A DNA stretch of 64,000 bases, from assembly GCA_041690355.1 (NCBI GenBank), contig JAWLHK010000006.1, positions 1 to 64,000 on the forward strand. Reading direction: 5' to 3'. The position numbers and the translations under genes are program-made. The DNA is from a bacterium. GTDB taxonomy: Bacteria > J088 > JAWLBW01. The notes beneath the pieces are model-generated. The model saw only the letters and a list, made by a program, of their open reading frames with translations. It was not told the DNA's origin and did no database searches. This document shows positions 58,591-64,000 of the stretch, piece after piece (the first letter of the stretch is position 1; every line of letters begins with the position of its first letter).

Positions 58591-59342
58591 GCGTGTACGG
58601 GAAGAGCGGGGGAGGGCGCAGGTACGCGCTTGTGGTGGCCGCCGGCGCCTTCGGTGCATGGCTCGGCGCATGCGCGCACGCGGGCGACGTGGGGCAGGTG
58701 CCGCCGGCCGACGTCCTGTTCGCCGAGGCCGAACAGCTGGCGGCCGAGAAGCCGTTTCTCTGGTGGACCAGCGACGACTGCGACGAGGCGATCCCGAAGT
58801 ATCAGCAGGTGCTCGACAACTATCCCTTCAGCCAGTTCGCGGTGCGCTCGAAACTGGGGATCGCCGACTGCTATTTCCGGCAGGAAGAATGGGCCGATGC
58901 CATTCTGCACTACCGCGACTTCGAGAAGATGCACCCCACGCACGCCGAGATCTGGATGGTGCGCTTCCGGCTGGGCGAAGCCTACGCCCGACTCCGGCTC
59001 GACTATGATCGTGACCTGGCCGACACCGAACAGGCCTACCTCTACTACAGCAAGGTCGCCTCTGCCGACAACCCCTGGCGCGCCGAAGCGGCAGCGCAGG
59101 CGGCCGACCTCGCTTCGGAGCTGGCCCGGAGGCTGCTCTACATCGGACGCTTTTACGAGCGTAAGGGAGAGGCGCTCTCGGCGCTCGACCGGTACGAGGC
59201 GGTGCTGGCCGCCTACCGGCAGACCGAAGAGGCCCGCGAGGCGTACGAGCGCGCGGCCGATCTGTACCGCAAGCTGGGCGACGAACAGAAGATCGCCGCG
59301 CTGCCGCGTCCGGCCGGCATACCGCCGGGCGGCGAAGAATGA
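58587..59342 (+). CDS. bamD: Outer membrane protein assembly factor BamD
   Basis: Lipobox LGAC; YPFSQFA, ADCYF, F.KMHPTH, DRD, IGRFY TPR pattern. Confidence 0.82.
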   Translation: MSVYGKSGGGRRYALVVAAGAFGAWLGACAHAGDVGQVPPADVLFAEAEQLAAEKPFLWWTSDDCDEAIPKYQQVLDNYPFSQFAVRSKLGIADCYFRQEEWADAILHYRDFEKMHPTHAEIWMVRFRLGEAYARLRLDYDRDLADTEQAYLYYSKVASADNPWRAEAAAQAADLASELARRLLYIGRFYERKGEALSALDRYEAVLAAYRQTEEAREAYERAADLYRKLGDEQKIAALPRPAGIPPGGEE

Positions 59343-59749
59343 CGGCCGGCCGCGCGGTCGCCTTCACGCTGGTATTGCTGTCGCTCGCGTGCGTGCCCGG
59401 CGCGACGCCTGCCGAGAAGGCGGTTGAGACACTTGCCGTACGCGAGAAGGCGCTGAACGCGCGCGATCTCGACCTGTATATGACGACCATCGCCCCCGGC
59501 TACGGCGGCAGTGCGACCGGTCCTGCCGCCATCCGCGCACGCGCGTCGCGGCTTTTCGAGGGAATCGATGCCATCCGCTACTCCACCGACGAGCGTTCGG
59601 TTTACGAAGAACCCGACGGCCGCGTGCGGGTCATCCAGCGTTTCGTCATGGAACTCGAGCGCGAAGGCGTCCGCCGGAATCTGGCCGGACGGGAAGAGAT
59701 CTTTCTGACCCCGCTCGACGGGCGCATGCTCATCGTCGACGGTCTGTAA
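59339..59749 (+). CDS. Putative lipoprotein, NTF2-like
   Basis: Lipobox SLAC; ALNARDLDLYM..IAPGY; beta-rich C-terminus ending IVDGL. Confidence 0.6.
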   Translation: MTAGRAVAFTLVLLSLACVPGATPAEKAVETLAVREKALNARDLDLYMTTIAPGYGGSATGPAAIRARASRLFEGIDAIRYSTDERSVYEEPDGRVRVIQRFVMELEREGVRRNLAGREEIFLTPLDGRMLIVDGL

Positions 59750-59817
59750 CCGGCGGCCCCGAAGATTTGCGAGCGTGGCACCGTTGCTGTACAGTAAGCG
59801 CACGGAGGTATGACGTT

Positions 59818-60801
59818 TTGACGCAGGCATCCGCCGAAAAAAAACGGCTGGGCGAAATTCTGGTCGAGCGCAGGCTGATCACGCCGGAGCAGCTGTCGGC
59901 TGCGCTGGAGTATCAGAAGAAGGATCCGCGTTCGCTCGGCGAGATCCTGCACAGCTTTCGGCTGCTCTCCGAAGAAGACCTGCTCAAGGTCCTTTCCATC
60001 GAGCTGGGCACCGAGTATTTTCCCACGAGCCACCTGCTCGACATGGAGATCTCGCCCCAGGCCTGCCGGCTGATGACGCGTGAACAGGCCAGCGAGTTCA
60101 TGGTGGCGCCGCTCGATTACAACGAAGCGACCGACACCCTGCTCGTGGCCATGGCCTATCCGCAGCAGCTCGACGTCATTGACCGCGTTCGCGAACTCAC
60201 CGGGCGCACCCGGGTCGAAACCTGCCTGTGCTTCGAGGGTTCGCTGTTTCGCCTCATTCAGCGCTGTTACCCCGAGATCCGCACCGAGCCGGTGCCCCCG
60301 GCAGCCGACGGCGATGACAGCTTCTTTCTCGGTTCCGAAGACGACACCGAGGCATTTCCCGGCATTTACGGCCACGGCCTCGACGATTCGCTCCTGACGG
60401 TCGACGAAGAGAATCCCCCTGAAGGCGAGGAATTCTTTCTCGGCGGCGAGGGGGCCGACAAGGGGCCCGGCGCGACCTCGGGCGTTTCGGGAAACCTCAT
60501 GGATCTGGGGCTGCTCGAGATGCTCCAGATCATGGGCGCCAGCAACAAAACCTGTCTCATCCAGATCCGCAGAGCCGAAGAAGTGGCCGAGCTGTTCATG
60601 GAGAACGGGCGCATCGTTCACGCCATTCTGGCCGACCTCAAGGGCGAATCGGCCTTCTACGCCGTCATCGGCTGGTCCGAGGGGTACTTCCAGATCAAGA
60701 CTGACGTGGCCCCCGAAGAGAAGACGATCAAGTCGTCGCTCGACGGTCTGATTCTCGAGGGCCTGCGCCTGCTCGACGAGCAGAACAACTTCGGCGGCTG
60801 A
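59818..60801 (+). CDS. MshEN (T2SSE N-terminal) plus DUF4388 domain protein
   Basis: RLGEILVERRLITPEQLSAALEYQ; C-terminal SGNLMDLGLLEMLQ..W.EGYF..LILEGLRLLDE; TTG start with GGAGG RBS. Confidence 0.82.
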   Translation: MTQASAEKKRLGEILVERRLITPEQLSAALEYQKKDPRSLGEILHSFRLLSEEDLLKVLSIELGTEYFPTSHLLDMEISPQACRLMTREQASEFMVAPLDYNEATDTLLVAMAYPQQLDVIDRVRELTGRTRVETCLCFEGSLFRLIQRCYPEIRTEPVPPAADGDDSFFLGSEDDTEAFPGIYGHGLDDSLLTVDEENPPEGEEFFLGGEGADKGPGATSGVSGNLMDLGLLEMLQIMGASNKTCLIQIRRAEEVAELFMENGRIVHAILADLKGESAFYAVIGWSEGYFQIKTDVAPEEKTIKSSLDGLILEGLRLLDEQNNFGG

Positions 60802-60971
60802 GGCCGGCGCCGCACCCGCTTTTTCCGCATAGCACACCGCCGCCGTCTGCACGGCCCCCGCGAGAGCTCGCTGGGCGGGCGCCCGCCTGGGCGCGTCTCC
60901 CGCCCGTGATAGCGTGGTAGTCAAGAAGGGGAACAACCAGAAACCGTTCGGGGGGATGGGAGGAAGAAGCC

Positions 60972-61826
60972 GTGCCTTCACATCTTGTCTATCAGGTCTA
61001 CGGGGGAGACCGCTATCTGGCCCAGGCCCGTCACGCCCTGTGGTCGGCCCTGGCGTGGAGCGACCGCGACATCCGGATTCACCTGTACACCGATCGGCCC
61101 GCGGCATTCGCCGACCTCGACGGGCGGGTGACCCTGCACCGGCTGCCCGCGGGTAAGGTCGCCGAGTGGATGGGCCCGCTGGGCTACGTCCACCGCCCGA
61201 AAATCATGATGCTGCGCGACCTCACCGCGCAGGTTTCCGAGCCGGTTCTCTACTCCGACGTCGACACGCTGTTCGTCGGCCCGGTGGCGGGGGTCATGGC
61301 GCGCATCGGTCCCGAAGCGGCCGTCATGCACCGGCGTGAATATCCGGTCGCCGGATATCCGAGCGGCCAGATGCGCCAGCTGCGGCGCGATCTGGAGCGA
61401 AGCGGCGCCGGGGCCGAAGCGTTACAGGTGACCATGTGGAATGCCGGCGTCGTCGGGCTTCATCCCGAGCACTTCGCCTGGCTCGAACGCGTCACCGATC
61501 TCCTCGACGCCCTTTATCCGGTGAGCCGCATGGAGCTCGTCGAGCAGTACGCCGTGGGCGCCGTCCTGCAGCAGCGGGTTGCCCTGCGGCCGGCAGACGA
61601 CCGCATCTTTCACTACTGGGACGACAAGGAGCGTTATCAGGCGGCTTTGGAAGCGCGTCTTGCGGCCTGGGCGAGCCTGCCCGCCGACGATATCGTCGCC
61701 ATGCACCGGGCCGACCCGCTCCTTCTGCCGCCCGCCCAGCGCCCCCCGCTGGCCGCGCGGGCGCGCACCGTGCTGCGGCAACCCGGGGCCGCCTGGGAGC
61801 GCCACCGCATGCGCAGGGTGGCCTGA
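60972..61826 (+). CDS. Putative GT-A fold glycosyltransferase-like protein
   Basis: LYTD, YSDVDT (DxD), WNAGVVG, EQ, IFHYW. Confidence 0.6.
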   Translation: MPSHLVYQVYGGDRYLAQARHALWSALAWSDRDIRIHLYTDRPAAFADLDGRVTLHRLPAGKVAEWMGPLGYVHRPKIMMLRDLTAQVSEPVLYSDVDTLFVGPVAGVMARIGPEAAVMHRREYPVAGYPSGQMRQLRRDLERSGAGAEALQVTMWNAGVVGLHPEHFAWLERVTDLLDALYPVSRMELVEQYAVGAVLQQRVALRPADDRIFHYWDDKERYQAALEARLAAWASLPADDIVAMHRADPLLLPPAQRPPLAARARTVLRQPGAAWERHRMRRVA

Positions 61827-61893
61827 GGATGCGGTGGCCCCGGCATACCGAAGCGGCTTGACAATTTGGCAAGAATGGACCGATACTGACCTT

Positions 61894-61964
61894 GCGCCTC
61901 GCTCCGCACGAGGGGGAGGAGAAGATCGGGTGGTGGCACTCGGGGTTGGCCGATCTTCCTTTTG
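61894..61964 (+). ncRNA. Candidate small RNA
   Basis: Preceded by TTGACA-N18-GATACT (61858-61887); two hairpins, the second GAAGATCGG..CCGATCTTC followed by CTTTT; no downstream plus-strand gene. Confidence 0.35.
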
Positions 61965-62056
61965 GGCTCGTGCGTGACGCGGGGCGTATTTTTGTCAATC
62001 CCCGCGGGCGCACCCTTCCGCCGCCCTGCGCCCCCCCCGCATTTCCCGTTCCGCGT

Positions 62057-62083
62057 AAAAAATGAGCGCCCCGCGGGGCGCTC
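62057..62083 (-). terminator. Intrinsic terminator after fbaB
   Basis: GAGCGCCCC/GGGGCGCTC stem followed by a T-run on the minus strand. Confidence 0.7.
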
Positions 62084-62105
62084 GAGAAACGGGTAACCGC
62101 CTCGC

Positions 62106-63164
62106 TTACGCGACGGTGACATCCTTCGTCAGATAGACATCCTGAATGGCGTTCAGCAGCGCGATGCCGTCTTTCATCGGGCGCTGAAAGGCTTTGCGGC
62201 CCGAGATGAGGCCGGCCCCGCCGGCCCGCTTGTTGATGACCGCCGTGCGAATGGCCTCCTGCAGGTCGGTCTGGCCCGACGAGCCGCCGCCCGAGTTGAT
62301 GAGGGGGGCGCGGCCGCTGAAGGAGTTGAGCACCTGGTAACGGCACAGGTCGATCGGATGATCCGACGTCAGGTCGGTGTAGACCTTCTTGTGGGTCTTG
62401 CCCACCTTGATGGCGTTGTAGCCGCCGTTGCAGTCAGGCTGCTTCTGCTTGATGATGTCGGCCTGAATCGTCGTGCCGAGGTGGTTGGCCTGGCCGGTCA
62501 GGTCGGCGGCGGTGTGATAGTCGACGCCGTCTTTCTTGAAGTCGGGGTTGCGCAGGTAGCACCAGAGAATCGTCACCAGGCCGAGCTCGTGGGCGCGCTC
62601 GAAGGCCTGCGAGATCTCCTGAATCTGGCGGCGGCTTTCTTCAGAGCCGAAGTAAATCGTGGCGCCGACGGCCACGGCCCCCATTTCGAACGCCTGGTCG
62701 ACGCTGGCGAAGAGCACCTGGTCGTACGTCTCGGGAAGCGTCAGCAGTTCGTTGTGGTTGAGCTTCACGATGAACGGAATCTTGTGGGCGTACTTGCGCG
62801 AGACCGAACCGAGCACGCCGAGGGTCGAGGCGACGGCGTTGCAGCCGCCTTCGAGGGCGAGCTTGACGATGTTCTCGGGATCGAAGTAGGCCGGCTCGGG
62901 TGCGAACGAGGCCGCGGCGCTGTGCTCGATACCCTGATCGACCGGCAGGATCGACATGTAACCGGTGCCCGCGAGACGGCCCGTGTTGTAAATCGTCTGC
63001 AGATTGCGCAGCACGGCCGGCTTGCGGTCGGTCGGCATGAAGATCCGGTCGACGAAGTCGGGGCCGGGCAGATGCAGGTTTTCTTTGGGGAACTTGGCTT
63101 TGTGATTCAGCAGGCTGTCAGCTTCGTTGCCCAGCCATTCGGTAATCTTGTCGATCATGTCCAC
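62106..63164 (-). CDS. fbaB: Class I fructose-bisphosphate aldolase
   Basis: [38 protein letters not shown]. Confidence 0.95.
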   Translation of the reverse strand: MDMIDKITEWLGNEADSLLNHKAKFPKENLHLPGPDFVDRIFMPTDRKPAVLRNLQTIYNTGRLAGTGYMSILPVDQGIEHSAAASFAPEPAYFDPENIVKLALEGGCNAVASTLGVLGSVSRKYAHKIPFIVKLNHNELLTLPETYDQVLFASVDQAFEMGAVAVGATIYFGSEESRRQIQEISQAFERAHELGLVTILWCYLRNPDFKKDGVDYHTAADLTGQANHLGTTIQADIIKQKQPDCNGGYNAIKVGKTHKKVYTDLTSDHPIDLCRYQVLNSFSGRAPLINSGGGSSGQTDLQEAIRTAVINKRAGGAGLISGRKAFQRPMKDGIALLNAIQDVYLTKDVTVA

Positions 63165-63365
63165 TTCCTCATGGTACGGCGTCAGCGCATTCCCTCCGAT
63201 ATGCTACACGGCCCCTGCGAACGCGGAATGTCGGTGAACATTTGCGGTGGCGGACCAGGCGGAACATTTCGGAGGGCGTCGCAGAGGGAGATCCGCTGCG
63301 GCGACAAACAGACTATCGCTCTACATGATAGCAGGTAGGTGAAAAGAAGGGGAGGGCTTCGCCAA

Positions 63366-63500
63366 GTTACGAGTGACGATTCAATTTACAATTTACGATT
63401 GACGATTGACGGTTCAGGCAAGCACCAAAAGAAAAACAGAAGGAGAGAAACGGACAAACGACAAACGAAGAACGAGAAACGAAGAACGAGAAACACGAAC
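63366..63500. repeat. Composite heptamer-repeat element (partial) plus AACGAGA/AACGAAG run
   Basis: GTTACGAGTGACGA..ATTTACGATTGACGATTGACG, then AAACGACAAACGAAGAACGAGAAACGAAGAACGAGAAAC. Confidence 0.75.
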
Positions 63501-63531
63501 CGTGCTCCTTTCCAACTCTTGCCGGGCGCGC

Positions 63532-63561
63532 AAAAAAAAGCGCCCCGGTCAGGGGCGCTTT
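63532..63561 (-). terminator. Intrinsic terminator after ndk
   Basis: AAAGCGCCCC..GGGGCGCTTT hairpin with a long T-run on the minus strand. Confidence 0.85.
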
Positions 63562-63585
63562 GTCGGAGCTGAGAGGGGATCGCCC

Positions 63586-64000
63586 TTACAGCTTCGAATT
63601 CACGAGTTCCATCTGGCCGAAGAACCAGCCGATTTCGAAGGCGGCCGTCTCGGGGGCGTCGGAGCCGTGCACGGTGTTGGCTTCGATGCTCTCGGCAAAG
63701 CGCTTGCGGATGGTCCCCTCGGCGGCCTTGGCCGGGTCGGTGGCGCCCATCAGTTCGCGGTTCTTCGCGATGGCGTTTTCGCCCTCGAGCACCATGACCA
63801 GGCTCGCGCCCGAGGTCATGAACTTGATGAGGTCGCCGAAGAACGGGCGCGCCTTGTGCACGGCGTAGAAACCGGCGGCCTGCTGCTCGCTCATGTGGAT
63901 CATTTTGGCGGCGGCCACGCGCAGGCCGTTCTTTTCAAAGATGGCGATGACTTCGCCGATGACGCCCTTGGCGACGCCGTCGGGCTTGATGATGGACAGG
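63586..64000 (-). CDS. ndk: Nucleoside diphosphate kinase (5' end beyond window)
   Basis: LSIIKPDGV at the window end, [23 protein letters not shown]. Confidence 0.96.
   Translation of the reverse strand, partial: LSIIKPDGVAKGVIGEVIAIFEKNGLRVAAAKMIHMSEQQAAGFYAVHKARPFFGDLIKFMTSGASLVMVLEGENAIAKNRELMGATDPAKAAEGTIRKRFAESIEANTVHGSDAPETAAFEIGWFFGQMELVNSKL

Overview
GC-rich bacterial chromosomal window, probably from a deltaproteobacterial/Myxococcota-like organism (inferred from DUF4388 and PilZ-type proteins, a HEAT-repeat chemosensory operon and the leuS-lptE-holA order). Most of it is housekeeping: ttcA, guaA, yajC-secDF, queA, uvrC, leuS-lptE-holA, DAHP synthase, kup, mreBCD-mrdA-rodA, bamD, fbaB and ndk. 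The most notable feature is a small RiPP locus at 22114-23148. It has a lasso-type B2 peptidase, a PqqD/RRE (B1) protein and a 45-aa precursor missing from the ORF track (22947-23084, MAKRNYSQPSFARYRPVRDVTL|LTQCCPFDEEPVDPKRGHAVFSG), closed by a terminator. No lasso cyclase is visible in the window; a LarE-type PP-loop enzyme and a Cys-rich mini-protein sit next to the locus instead. Directly downstream is a CheY-less chemosensory operon with an ExeA-type AAA ATPase coupled between cheA and cheW and a large HEAT-repeat protein. Other features are composite heptamer-repeat intergenic elements, REP-like tandem arrays, a nested inverted-repeat element and a candidate sRNA. All calls come from motif recognition by eye; no database searches were run.
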